From NCBI GenBank assembly GCA_964016885.1, contig OZ024740.1, forward strand, positions 382,292,001 through 382,356,000: a stretch of DNA of 64,000 nt. The letters run 5' to 3'. Positions within the stretch are counted from its first letter, which is position 1. Each line of letters opens with the position of its first letter. The position numbers and the translations under genes are program-made. Source of the stretch: Eledone cirrhosa. Taxonomy: Eukaryota. Positions 41,359-56,068 of the stretch are shown one piece after another. Below the pieces are notes generated by a model. It worked only from the letters and a program-made list of their open reading frames with translations. It did not search any database and was not told where the DNA came from.

Positions 41359-43425
41359 CGGCGATGAATTAGTTTTGCGAGGTTTTTTATATGAAATCGT
41401 GTGTCGAAACAGATATTGTTATACTTGGGGAGGGTCATATTTGCGTAATATTGCCAGAATTAATAACAGAACACACCCACTGTTTGGTTGGTTTTCGCTT
41501 CTCGCTGTCTTTTATATCTGCGATCTAACTTACTCGGTCCTCAATGTTGCCATTGACTGACCGGCGGTCAAAAATAATACAGATACAATATAGACACAAA
41601 CACATATATATATACATAGTTTACATAATTTACATAAATCTTTCGTTGCACATCTGCAACATCGTCAGTGGTGTTATATTCATTGTTCCTCCTGTTGTGT
41701 TGTATGTCTACGCCATTTTTATTCAGTCTGTCTATATATTTATTTATTTATTTGCTTGTCTGTTTATCTTATTTTATTTTGTCTTCTTTGCGCATGCGTT
41801 TGCGTGTGTGTATAGTGTTATGTGTGATGTGTGACTAGTGTGTATAGTGTTGTGTCTGCTGGGTGACTAGTGTGTGTTTATGTGCTTGTTGTTATTGTGC
41901 TTGTGTATGTATTTATTTATCTTATTTAATTTAATTTTTTTTTTTTTTTAAATTTACTTATTTATACTTCTCTTAGGTCAGTGTTGTTTGTTTGGGTGTT
42001 GTTGTTGTTCCACTCATTCTTTCTGTTTAGCTTTGGTCTTCTAATTTCTATTTTACTGGCCTCTCTTATTTGCCTATCTGCTGGGTCATTCCTATGTTTA
42101 GATATTATTCTAATTTCTATGTTGTCTATGTTACCGTCATGTTGTTGTCTAGCATGTTCGTATAGTACTGACCCGTTATTTCGTCCTTTTAGTTCCCCCC
42201 AGTGTTGGTCTGTCCTATCACCTATGCTACGAGCTGTCTCACCTATGTATGTTGTTGTCATGTTTCTGCAAGTACCCTCTGTACATCTTATGCTATAGAC
42301 TACGTTTCTAGTTTTACAGTTTATCCGGGGGTTCACCTTACATATGATACACTTCCTATTGGTACAGTGGGTTTTCTTAAAAGGGTAGGTTTTGCTGATC
42401 AGGGATTTTATGGTGGTTCCTGGCTTTTCTACCACCTTTATTTTTAAGTGGGTCTTTCTCAGGGCCTTTCTACACTGGTTAGCTAATTTCCCTCCAGGGG
42501 TGGCGTCCACAAACATGACACTCTGATATCTCTGGTTGTCGTACCATGATGTGGCCTTCCCTATCTTATGTCTAGCCCTATCTAAGCTATTCCATGATTT
42601 GCTCCTGTATAGTGGGCAAATTCCTTTCATGTCCAGTTCTATGAGGGTCTTATACTTTTCCATGGCTCCTTCGTATACTCTGACTCTGTCTCTTTGGTTG
42701 TAGCCAGAGAACTGCATGCGGTTGATGAAGTGTTGGATGTGTCCTTCCATTTCTGTTGGGTCGCACATGCTGGACACATTCTTCATCACTCGTACCAAAT
42801 CTGCGATCAGAATATTAAACTTAGCACTACTGGACATTGCTGAGTTTTTGAGTATCAGGTATTTGGAGGCCATTGGTTTAGAATCGTGTGAGTGGAGAAT
42901 TTGGGCTCTCTCGTCTATAGTGTTAATCCAGAGTTCTGTGTCTAATACAGGTAGTCTATTGTTAGGGTGTTTGGAAGGGAAGTCTATAGTTACAGTTATA
43001 CTCTGGTGTATGGAATTAGCTATCTGCTGGATGCTTTCCATCGTGCTACGTTCTAAATCAAACTTGTTAGTGCTCTCTAGTGGGGGTGTTCTTATAACTA
43101 TATTGATATCGTCTACATAACGAGAGTACATGATGAGGTCTATGGAGCTTTCATTAAGGAGATCTTAAAGTCTCCTTTCCCACCATACCATGAAAAAGTT
43201 GGCAACATCACCAGCTATGCTGTATATATATATATGTGTTTGTGTCTATATTGTATCTGTATTATTTTTGACCGCCGGTCAGTCAATGGCAACATTGAGG
43301 ACCGAGTAAGTTAGATCGCAGATATAAAAGACAGCGAGAAGCGAAAACCAACCAAACAGTGAGTGTGTTCTGTTATTAATTCTGGCAATATTACGCAAAT
43401 ATGACCCTCCCCAAGTATAACAATA
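41356..43425 (-). mobile_element. Penelope-like element (non-Hydra EN+, Neptune/Nematis-like) with inverted pLTR
   Basis: Contains ORF 41962-43131. HHR at about 41610-41675. Arms 41411-41616 and 43221-43425 are inverted. Confidence 0.9.
41962..43131 (-). CDS. PLE RT C-terminal half plus GIY-YIG endonuclease (5'-truncated)
   Basis: RYVDDI, LPVLDTELW, Cys linker C...KCIIC, NVVYSIRC...TYIGETARS..DR..QH, RQIREA, LNRKNEW. Confidence 0.85.
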   Translation of the reverse strand: MYSRYVDDINIVIRTPPLESTNKFDLERSTMESIQQIANSIHQSITVTIDFPSKHPNNRLPVLDTELWINTIDERAQILHSHDSKPMASKYLILKNSAMSSSAKFNILIADLVRVMKNVSSMCDPTEMEGHIQHFINRMQFSGYNQRDRVRVYEGAMEKYKTLIELDMKGICPLYRSKSWNSLDRARHKIGKATSWYDNQRYQSVMFVDATPGGKLANQCRKALRKTHLKIKVVEKPGTTIKSLISKTYPFKKTHCTNRKCIICKVNPRINCKTRNVVYSIRCTEGTCRNMTTTYIGETARSIGDRTDQHWGELKGRNNGSVLYEHARQQHDGNIDNIEIRIISKHRNDPADRQIREASKIEIRRPKLNRKNEWNNNNTQTNNTDLREV

Positions 43426-43446
43426 TATATATATTCATATATATAT

Positions 43447-44303
43447 ATCAACTAGAAATTGATTGACATATAAATAAACATATGAAACAATTACAGGGGA
43501 TAATTTGTAAAAGTGTGTAAGCAGACATAGCTAGGTAGGTAACTAAATAAAGTTTAACTAGAACTTCAAAAATAGATACCTTATAAATTGATTAATCTTC
43601 CTTGTATATATTCCATTAAAGAAATATATTTTACCAAATAATCGATTGGTAAACGACAGTAGCCAGATCCTGGATCTTCACCAAGGAAGAGGTCCATCAT
43701 CTGTGTTTACGCATCAAATTCAAATCAGCGACTGGCTAGTAGCACGTGTTGCATTTACTAAACATACACACATCATACTAGCTTCGTTGCGGTGGGGTGA
43801 ATAGGGTTACCGACAACTAGAAACAGCAGTCAAGTCCTTTCAACTGAGTGAGCTCTACAATTAAGGGGCCCTATTTATATACATCCAAATTTAAGATAAA
43901 TTAACTTAAATTAAATTAAATTAAATTAAGGGTGTCATGCCTGATAGAAAGGCACCATATCACCCGTACAATATGCTCCAAGATTCTAATGAATAGATCC
44001 GAGCATTTTATATCAACTAGAAATTGATTGACATATAAATAAACATATGAAACAATCACAGGGGATAATTTGTAAAAGTGTGTAAGCACGCATAGCTAGG
44101 TAGGTAACTAAATAAAGTTTAACTAGAACTTCAAAAATAGATACCTTATAAATTGATTAATCTTCCTTGTCAATCAATTTCTAGTTGATATAAAAAGCTC
44201 GGATCTATTCATTAGAATCTTGGAGCATATTTTACGGGTGATATGGCGTATCTATCTGGCATGACACCCTTAATTTAATTTAATTTAATTTATCTTAATT
44301 TTG

Positions 44304-44306
<3 letters not shown>
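43447..44306. mobile_element. Non-coding terminally redundant unit (monomer about 565 bp) with an inverted arm
   Basis: Direct repeat 43447-43604 and 44012-44170. 44169-44306 is the reverse complement of about 43878-44032. TA-flanked. Only a degenerate HHR-like fold at 43649-43710 (-). Confidence 0.75.
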
Positions 44307-46663
<2,357 letters not shown>

Positions 46664-48766
46664 GGAGGAATTGGAAATAACACGGAAAATATATTTAAGG
46701 ATCGGTTTCCTTTACTTTTATCCTTCTTTGATTCGTCAAAGTGACATTAGTGAAAAAAATTAGAGGACTTAGCATCATATTTCCGTGCACAGTTACGAAT
46801 ATTCTTGTTCGATTAATATTGATCATTCAAATACTTCCCATGTTCATATGAAGGCGATGATGCAGTAATGAGGCTGTCCCTGGGATTAAACAATTGAGGA
46901 ATAACGGACACAACGTGCTACGACACATAATGCAGTAACTACTTTGTTTTATTTTCCTTTGGAAATACTTGCCATGAGTCTTCAGTGAAGTGTTGAAATT
47001 AACTGTTTATATAAGCTCATGTTATTGAAGCTGGGTAAGAACTGATTGTCCTACTATTTGCGTCGACGTGTGTATCAAGCTCCAAGTCAGTGTCGGAAGT
47101 CTATATGTGTGTATATGCGTACACATACGTGTATGTATGGTATTTATGTATTCATGAATATATTCGTCTTTATATCACCGTATTGACACACGCATATATT
47201 CTTGCATGCGGACTTATATATATGTTTCTCTTTGTTTGTATGTTTGCGAGTGCAAAGGTATACGCGTATGTGAGTAAATGCCTTGTACAGATATATTTCG
47301 TATTTTGACAGACGTTTAGAAACATTGCTTAATTTTTCGCTCGGAAAATACCTTTGTGAGCGAGTTGTGTATGTAGTCTACTTATGTTGCATGTATAGAA
47401 TGTGTTTAGTATACTCCATGTGCTTGCGTGTGTGACATCTGTATATACTTATGTAAGTTGGCATGTATCCGTCTGATCATATTGACAACTTAAATTGTAG
47501 CAGCAATAATGTAAACAAAATTGGATAGATAAACATCAAATACCATCAACCAAAACAAACAACAAAAACACTCATGTACACAAAACAAAGCAAACCAAAA
47601 ACACGCTAAAGAAAATATATACATAAAATAGTCATAAATAAACACATAAAATAAATCAAAATCTAAGCACACTAAAGAATGTAGTGAAAGTTATGTATCA
47701 GAATATATGTATGCAATATATTTATACATTTGTTTGGCAAATACAATTACACAGAAAGAACACCGTTATTTGTTGAGATGGCGTCTGGCGTTCAGCTGTC
47801 TTTTTTCCCTCCCTTTTTTGACCGGTTGTTGTTTATTATATAAATGTTCAATAGACATTCATGTTCTTTCTATCATTGTTCTTTCTGCTACTGTACTTTT
47901 TTTGTTTATTTTCTATGCTATAGAGGCTTATTATTATTATTATAGATATTTTGTAGACTGATGCAATTGTTGCAATATCTTTGCTATTTGATTATATCTT
48001 TCTTGCATCAACAGAGAAACTCTTTCCTTTTACTCATTTTTTTCTATTTTCATATGAATCGTTTGTATACTTCACTTAATCATAGTTCTTGCGACAAAGC
48101 AACACCGTTTGTAGCTTGTATTGATTAGAGACTCACTGTACTCTCAATATACTACTTATAGTTCTTCAATACTCCTTCACGACTTACTCGATCTCCTATT
48201 CTGTAACTCTCAAGAACTTTTGGAAATTTGTAAATTAGTTTTCGATGTATTCTTTTTTTTCTCTTTATTTTATTGATCTTTCTCTCTCCCCATTTCCCGT
48301 TTCTCACTCTGCCTCCCTGTCTGTCGATTTCTTTAGTTATCTCTTCTTCTCTCTATCCATACATCTATCTATATAATAATCTATTTGTCTGAGTACCTGT
48401 TTGTTTCATTGTCTATCCACTAGATTGTTAGTCTGTAACTTTTGTAGATATAAACCTTTGACTTAGTCTGTTTGGATATCTGATCTTTTCAACTAACTTA
48501 ATCACCTGTTTATGTGATCTTTTCAACTAACTTAATCATCTTTTTAATAATATTTTTCTATATATCTTACCTGTGTATCATTGACGATCACCTTAATATG
48601 TAAAATCGTCAATCGTCATGATTTCTCGGTTGGTTGTACTCATTTTTTTTTCGTCCCGCCGAAATGAGAAGGCAGTGTTATTACACAAATATATAAACGG
48701 AACACTTATTGGACTAATTTTCTCGATTAATTTCTAAATATATACCCTCATCTCTCTCTCTCGCCC

Positions 48767-48852
<86 letters not shown>

Positions 48853-48884
48853 ACTCACATCCTTGTCGGTTGTTTACACTTGCT

Positions 48885-49600
48885 TTTGCAGTGACTATGA
48901 TGCCTGTCCGAGATAAACTCCACAGGCATCGAATTGCTTTCAGCCGGGCATGTCCGAGATGCGCGCAGGGTGACTAAACTGACGTGCACGCCTTCGTCTA
49001 GTGTTTGAGTATCTCTGACTTGTGGGCTCATATCGATTACCTGTTGTAATGTGTAAGGCGGATCCGAATGTCACCTGGGTCCCTCGTTAAAATCGCCTCA
49101 CCACCCTTCCTTAGCCAAGAAGGGCAGGCTGTTTTTGTCTGTCTGGTGGGCATGGCGAATGAGGACGTATGATGGACGCGTCTGAAATTGCTGAAGACAG
49201 GTAACTTCCTCGTCTGCAACCCTCTGATCAACTTCCTCAGGTTTCAATTGAAAGAAAAATCAGGGTCGAAAAATAAGAGCGGCCATCAAAGCGTTTTGTT
49301 GAAAGGTGGGTGAAGAGAAGAGAGAATTGCCCAAGTGAATGGGCCGGTTCTGAGCCTGTGCCTGCATATTGAGGAAGGAGACCTGGGAGACGGCACTTGC
49401 ACTGGCAGTCAGGGAGACTAAGACTTTTGTGGGATTTCCACGAGAAACCCTCGGGAGCCAACCCCTATTGGGGAATTTTCATTTGTTTCTATTGTTTTGT
49501 TACACACTTTCGTTTTGTTTACTTTTACATGCAGAAACTCACATTGTATCGTCCTGTGTTGTCCTTAATATGTTTCTTTGTGCTCGATGAAGCAAACAGT
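48885..49600 (+). pseudogene. L1/Tx1-like LINE, 3' fragment of ORF2 plus 3' UTR
   Basis: Frame from 48900 reads PVRDKLHRH....RACPRC...D*TDVHAFV*C, a CCHC knuckle with premature stops. Confidence 0.65.
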
Positions 49601-49604
49601 ATTA

Positions 49605-49797
49605 TTGGCAGTATCGGTAGAGAGTCGGACACCATGTTTTGAAGCATAGAGTTACGTCCCTTTATGATCTGAGTTCAAATCCCGCCGAGGTTAACTTTGC
49701 CTTTCATCCTTACGGGGTCGATAAAATAAAGTACCAGTAATGTACTGGGTAATTGCTGCCTTGTGTCTGAAATAGAAACAATTATTATTATTATTAT
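49605..49797 (+). mobile_element. tRNA-derived SINE (family 1) with a (TTA)n tail
   Basis: A-box-like TGGCAGTATCGGTAGAG, B-box GAGTTCAAATCC, tail ACAATTATTATTA. Confidence 0.85.
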
Positions 49798-49799
49798 TT

Positions 49800-50585
49800 T
49801 GGTGACTCAGTCATCGATGTTCTTTAACTGGAAAGTTTGTTCATATGAACAACAAGCCACTACCTGCAACATCAGGTATTCAGCAACCATGTCTTTGAAG
49901 TGTTCCCAAAAGGTCGACTGCAGTAATGTTCTTTAACCATCCTTGAAGATTCTTCAAGATAGTACCTAGTGTTTTTATGACAATCGGGACGACCTTGATC
50001 TCATGATAGTCCCAAATCCTTTTTAATTTCCACTTTAAATCCTGGTATCGGTTAATTTTCTCCTACTTTTTTTGTACCTTTGTTTCAAAGGTGCAGGCTA
50101 CATCTACAATCAGGCACGATCTATTTTCCTTGTCCAAAACCACCAGGTTAGGCCTATTGTGTTCTGATTTCTGGTTTGTCTGTATCTGGTAATCCCATAG
50201 CACCTTCACTCGATCTTTTTCTATCACCAACTGAGGCCTATGCTTATACTACTTCTTAGTTTTCATAAATGGAAATGAAGCACCGTTCCTATTATATCGT
50301 GCCTCCATCGTTTATAGTGAGTCTGGGCTAGGTGTTTACACTCGGATACGATGCTCGGCACAGTTTCCTCGATCTATAGATCCTACAGAGTAGGCTAGCC
50401 TCCTCTTCGTCAATATGATGTGTCACCCACTTTGTTCTGAGGGCTTGCTCCTGTGCAGCCAATTCCCTCAGTAGCTTTTTTAATGTCTACTCTTTTTAAC
50501 CAACTCCATGTCAATGGATCTCTGATAATTGTTTTGTTAAAACAGATGCTATGAAAGGGTTTTTCATGAAGGTTGCTCTTGCTTT
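49800..50585 (-). pseudogene. R4/Dong-like element family X, old 3' fragment
   Basis: Diverged homolog of the 51558-52400 region. Confidence 0.8.
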
Positions 50586-50639
50586 TTATTATCATTATTA
50601 TCATATTGTAGTATTATTATCATTATTATTATTAGTAAT

Positions 50640-50670
<31 letters not shown>

Positions 50671-50672
<2 letters not shown>

Positions 50673-51501
50673 GTTGCATTTATCTTGCTTTATGTTCATA
50701 CGAGTTATCACCAAGTCACAACCAGTGACCTCAAGAGACAACAAGAAAGAACATACATACACACACATGCATATTTAGGTGTTTAGACTTGTGATGTACT
50801 TATATTGACAGAATCTTCCTTAGTATATGGGCAGTTCCCATTAGTACTATATTTTGTATTTCTCCTATACGCGGGTTTCCTGGGATTTGCGATAAGTAAT
50901 CATTAGACCCCTTAGGTATCATTCCTAGAGCGCCTACAACCACTGGTATTGTTTTAGTTCTCAGTTTCCACATTTTTCCAATTTCTATCTCCAGGTCCTT
51001 ATACTTGGTCAATTTTTCAAATGTTTTTATAGATACATTCTTGTCTATTGGAACGGACATATCAATTAGCAGGCATACCCTCTTTTTAAAGTCCTTCAAT
51101 ATTATATCAGGTCTATTTGCATCTATTTTTCGGTCTGTTTGGATGCTAAAGTTCCACAAGATTGAGATGTGATCTTTTTCAAGTATTAGAGGTGGTTGAT
51201 GCTCCCACCAATTCTTTTGATGGGGCAGGTCAAAATGCTTACACATTATCCAATGTATGTATTGTGCAGCTCTGTCATGCCTGTTTAGGTGTTCGGTTGG
51301 AGCTATAGGACTGCACATTGAGATTATATGATCAATGGTCTCTGGTTGTTTTTTTACGTACACGGTATAATGGGTTGCATCCATTTTGTATTATGTTGGC
51401 TTGGTCATTTTTTGTTGGCAGACACTGATCATGTGCTGATATAATCAATCCTTCAGTCTCAGATTTCAGTCCAGAGGTTGCCATCAACTGATGGGTTAAA
51501 G

Positions 51502-51503
<2 letters not shown>
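50671..51503 (-). mobile_element. R4/Dong-like element family Y, 3' fragment (RLE domain)
   Basis: ORF 50800-51384: ETIDHIISMC, RHD, ILWNFSIQTD, NRPDII, LIDMSVP, K..KYKDL. Bounded by (TTA)n. Confidence 0.85.
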
Positions 51504-51549
<46 letters not shown>

Positions 51550-51557
51550 GTTGTTAT

Positions 51558-53360
51558 TCCTTGAATCTCAGTCATTGATGTTGGTTAACTGGAAAGTCCG
51601 TTGGAATGAATATCAAGCCACTACCTGCAGCCTCAGATATTCAGGACGTATCGGAGGGTTCTTGCTGTTCCCAGCAAGCATGCCTTTTGAAGCGTTCCAA
51701 AAAGCGTGAAGGGGCCGATTTTCTTTAACCATCCCTGGAAACGTTTGGAGATAGTCCCCAGTGCGCCTATGACAATCGGGATCACTTTGACTTCATGGCA
51801 GTTCCAAATCCTTTTCACCTCCCACTTTAGGTCCTGGTATCGGTTAATTTTCTCCCTCTCCTTCTCTTGCACTCTCGTGTCGAAAGGGCAGGCCACATCC
51901 ACAATCAGACACGATCTTTTTTCTTTGTCCACAACCACCAGGTCAGGTCTATTGTGTTCCAGTTTTTTGTCCGTCTGTATCCTAAAATCCCACAGCACCT
52001 TCACCTGATTGTTCTTCATCACCGCCTCTGGCCTATGCTCATACCATTTCTCAGAATGTGGTAAATTGTTTACTTTGCACAGGTGCCAGTGGATCACCCT
52101 GTCCATCACATCGTGTCTCCAGCCCTTATAGTGGGTCTGGGCTAGGTGTTTACACTCGGACACAATGTGAGCCACAGTCTCCTCTCTCTCTCCACAGATC
52201 CTGCACAGTGGGCTAGCCTCCTCCTTGTAAATATGGTGCTTCAACCACTTCGTTTTGAGGGCCTGCTCCTGCGCAGCCATTAGCATTCCTTCTGTAGCCT
52301 TTTTGAGGTCTCCTCTTCTCAACCAGTTCCATGTCTGTGGATCTCTAAATTCAGTTTTCTCAAAGAAGGTACTATGAAGGGATTTTCCCTTAAGGCTGCT
52401 CTTCCTCCTTGATGTTATTTCCTCCTTGGACATCCCCTGGCCTACTGTGTCCTCCTTCAGTACAGTTCTGAGCATTGGCTCCTTACTATAGGTCACGTAT
52501 TTGTATAGGTTGTTTGTCTCCATCTGAACACAGTCCTCTATGCTGATAAGACCTCTTCCACCCTCAGATCTCCTTAGGTAGAGTCTATCGACATCACTCC
52601 TCTTGTGGAACATGTTGTAGATAGTCAATAGCTTCCTAGTCTTCCTATCCATTTCTTTTTGTTCAGCAACATTCCATCTCAGAATTCCCGCACTGTACCT
52701 AATAATAGACACAGCTCGGGAATTTACTGCGCTTATGGCATTTCTGCTGTTCAGATGTGACTTCAATACGCTCCTTACTCTCCGAATGTATTCAGTTCTT
52801 AACAATTCCTTCATTTTTTTGTTCTTTATGCCATCAGCCTCCAGAACGCCCAAATACTTGTATCCTTCCTCAGAGTCAATTTCCTTTATCATCTCACCTG
52901 TTGGTATCTGGATCCCGTTACTTCTGCTCAACCTACCCCTCCTCATCACAATGACTCCACATTTACTAATACCAAACTGCATACATATATCACTGCTGAA
53001 AATACGGACAGTGTCAACAAGCACATCCAACTCCTTCTCACTTTTCCCGAAGAGCTTCATTCTGAGATCTTCTTCCCGAAGATCGTCCATGAAGAGGAGG
53101 TGATTGATGGTAAGCTCTCCCTTTCCCAACTTGTATCCTGCTCTCACTTTTCGCAGCATAATGGTCAAGGGCATCAGGGCAAGGACAAACAACAGAGGGG
53201 ACAGGCTATCTCCCTGGAAGATACCTCTCTTGATCTTCACGCTTCCCAAGGATACTCCAGTTGATGTCAACTCTGTCTCCCAGGACCCCATACTCCTGCC
53301 CAGCAACTGTCTGATGTTATCTGCCACCCTGAAGATCTCCAGGCTTTTGGTGATCCAAGA
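51558..53360 (-). mobile_element. R4/Dong-like element family X, 5'-truncated, ORF 51633-53327
   Basis: GIFQGDSLSPLLF, HLLFMDDL, CRIC....ETVAHIVSEC, HNRPDLVV, EKINRYQDL. Bounded by (TTA)n. Confidence 0.9.
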
Positions 53361-53701
53361 ATTATTATTATTATTATTATTATTATTATTGTTATTGGTA
53401 TTCCTTGAATCTCAGTCATTGATGTTGGTTAACTGGAAAGTCCGTTGGATTGAATATCAAGCCACTACCTGCAGCCTCAGATATTCAGGACGTATCGGAG
53501 GGTTCTTGCCGTTCCAAGCAAGCATGCCTTTTGAAGCGTTCCAAAAAGCGTGAAGGGGCCGATTTTCTTTAACCATCCCTGGAAACCTTTGGAGATAGTC
53601 CCCAGTGCGCCTATGACAATCGGGATCACTTTGACTTCATGGCAGTTCCAAATCCTATTCACCTCCCACTTTAGGTCCTGGTATCGGTTAATTTTCTCCC
53701 T

Positions 53702-56068
53702 CTACTTCTCTTGCACTCTCGTGTCGAACGGGCAGGCCACATCCACAATCAGGCACGATCTTTTTTCTTTGTCCACAACCACCAGGTCAGGTCTATTGTG
53801 TTGCAGTTTTTTGTCCGTCTGTATCCTAAAATCCCACAGCACCTTCACCTGACTGTTCTCCATCACCGCCTCTGGCCTATGCTCATACCATTTCTCAGAA
53901 TGTGGTAGATTGTTTACTTTGCACAGGTGCCAGTGGATCACCCTGCCCATCACATCGTGTCTCCAGCCCTTATAGTGGGTCTGGGCTAGGTGTTTACACT
54001 CGGACACAATGTGAGCCACAGTCTCCTCTCTCTCTCCACAGATCCTGCACAGTGGGCTAGCCTCCTCCTTGTAGATATGGTGCTTCAACCACTTCGTTTT
54101 GAGGGCCTGCTCCTGCGCAGCCATTAGCATTCCTTCTGTAGCCTTTTTGAGGTCTCCTCTTCTCAACCAGTTCCATGTCTGTGGATCTCTAAATTCAGTT
54201 TTCTCAAAGAAGGTACTATGAAGGGATTTTCCCTTAAGGCTGCTCTTCCTCCTTGATGTTATTTCCTCCTTGGGTATCCCCTGGCCTACTGTCCCCTCCT
54301 TCAGTACGGCTCTGAGCATTGGCTCCTTACTATAGGTCACGTATTTGTATAGGTTGTTTTTCTCCATCTGAACACAGTCCTCTATGCTGATAAGACCTCT
54401 TCCACCCTCAGATCTCCTTAGGTAGAGTCTATCGACATCACTCCTCTTGTGGAACATGTTGTAGATAGTCAATAGCTTCCTAGTCTTCCTATCCATTTCT
54501 TTTTGTTCAGCAACATTCCATCTCAGAATTCCCGCACTGTACCTAATAATAGACACAGCTCGGGAATTTACTGCGCTTATGGCATTTCTGCTGTTCAGAT
54601 GTGACTTCAATACGCTCCTTACTCTCCGAATGTATTCAGTTCTTAACAATTCCTTCATTTTTTTGTTCTTTATGCCATCAGCCTCCAGAACGCCCAAATA
54701 CTTGTATCCTTCCTCAGAGTCAATTTCCTTTATCATCTCACCTGTTGGTATCTGGATCCCGTTACTTCTGCTCAACCTACCCCTCCTCATCACAATGACT
54801 CCACATTTACCAATACCAAACTGCATACATATATCACTGCTGAAAATACGGACAGTGTCAACAAGCACATCCAACTCCTTCTCACTTTTCCCGAAGAGCT
54901 TAAGATCGTCCATGAAGAGGAGGTGATTGATGGTAAGCTCTCCCCTTCCCAACTTGTATCCTGCTCTCACTTTTCGCAGCATAATGGTCAAGGGCATCAG
55001 GGCAAGGACAAACAACAGAGGGGACAGGCTATCTCCCTGGAAGATACCTCTCTTGATCTTCACGCTTCCCAAGGATACTCCAGTTGATGTCAACTCTGTC
55101 TCCCAGGACCCCATACTCCTGCCCAGCAACTGTCTGATGTTATCTGCCACCCTGAAGATCTCCAGGCTTTTGGTGATCCAGGAATGAGGCACCATGTCAA
55201 ATGCCTTTCTGTAGTCTATCCATCCCATGGCAAGATCAGTGTGTCTCCTCCTGCAATTCCCCATTACCATCTTATCAATAAGCAACTGGTCCTTTGTACC
55301 ACGTGACTTCTTTCGGCATCCTTTCTGTTCGTCCGGCAACAAGTTGTTTGTGTGGAGGTGATGGTAGATTTCCTCAGACACAATGCTCGTCAACAGTTTC
55401 CACATTACGGGCAGACATGTGATAGGTCTATAGTTGGTAACATCATTACCCTTGATTCGGTCTTTCATTATCAGAACTGTGGTACCTTTTGTCAACCACT
55501 CTGGCACCTCACCCGACACCAAGCAGTCATTGAACATGGCCGTCAGCTTCGGGTGGAGGGATGTTAAATGTTTAATCCAATACCCCTGCACACCATCTGG
55601 GCCTGGTGATTTCCAGTTGGTTAGTTTTTTGGCTTGCCCCTTAAGAGTTTCAACTGTGATACTCAAATCAGTCTGTTGCTGTGCCTGCTCACCGATCTCC
55701 CTCTGTACTGTCTCAATCCACCCTGCCTGGGCATTGTGTCTAACATCCTGCTCCCATATTCCTCTCCAGAATGTTTTAGCTTGTTCCGCCCCAGGGATCA
55801 AGTCGTTGCCTCTTTCTTTCCCCTCAAGCTGTCCAAACAGCATCTTCTGGTTGTTGTCGAACATGCGGTTCTGTTTATACTGACTGACTCTGTTCTCGTA
55901 TCGCCTGATTTTGGCACTCTTTGCTACAATGCGTTGCTTCAATTCCTCTATGATAATATTTAGCTTTTTACTCCTAGTTTTGTATTTTATTTCCAGTCTA
56001 TTTTTAGTGCCTATGTTTTTTAGTGTCCCATTCAGTAGTGACTCAAGCTTTCCAATGTCATTTCTCAT
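53702..56068 (-). CDS. Reverse transcriptase, CCHC and restriction-like endonuclease (788-aa segment)
   Basis: WKSPGPDGVQGYWIK, NYRPITCL, EQKGC, WIDYRKAFD, FMDDLKLF, YKYLG, RPDLV. Confidence 0.9.
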   Translation of the reverse strand: MRNDIGKLESLLNGTLKNIGTKNRLEIKYKTRSKKLNIIIEELKQRIVAKSAKIRRYENRVSQYKQNRMFDNNQKMLFGQLEGKERGNDLIPGAEQAKTFWRGIWEQDVRHNAQAGWIETVQREIGEQAQQQTDLSITVETLKGQAKKLTNWKSPGPDGVQGYWIKHLTSLHPKLTAMFNDCLVSGEVPEWLTKGTTVLIMKDRIKGNDVTNYRPITCLPVMWKLLTSIVSEEIYHHLHTNNLLPDEQKGCRKKSRGTKDQLLIDKMVMGNCRRRHTDLAMGWIDYRKAFDMVPHSWITKSLEIFRVADNIRQLLGRSMGSWETELTSTGVSLGSVKIKRGIFQGDSLSPLLFVLALMPLTIMLRKVRAGYKLGRGELTINHLLFMDDLKLFGKSEKELDVLVDTVRIFSSDICMQFGIGKCGVIVMRRGRLSRSNGIQIPTGEMIKEIDSEEGYKYLGVLEADGIKNKKMKELLRTEYIRRVRSVLKSHLNSRNAISAVNSRAVSIIRYSAGILRWNVAEQKEMDRKTRKLLTIYNMFHKRSDVDRLYLRRSEGGRGLISIEDCVQMEKNNLYKYVTYSKEPMLRAVLKEGTVGQGIPKEEITSRRKSSLKGKSLHSTFFEKTEFRDPQTWNWLRRGDLKKATEGMLMAAQEQALKTKWLKHHIYKEEASPLCRICGEREETVAHIVSECKHLAQTHYKGWRHDVMGRVIHWHLCKVNNLPHSEKWYEHRPEAVMENSQVKVLWDFRIQTDKKLQHNRPDLVVVDKEKRSCLIVDVACPFDTRVQEK

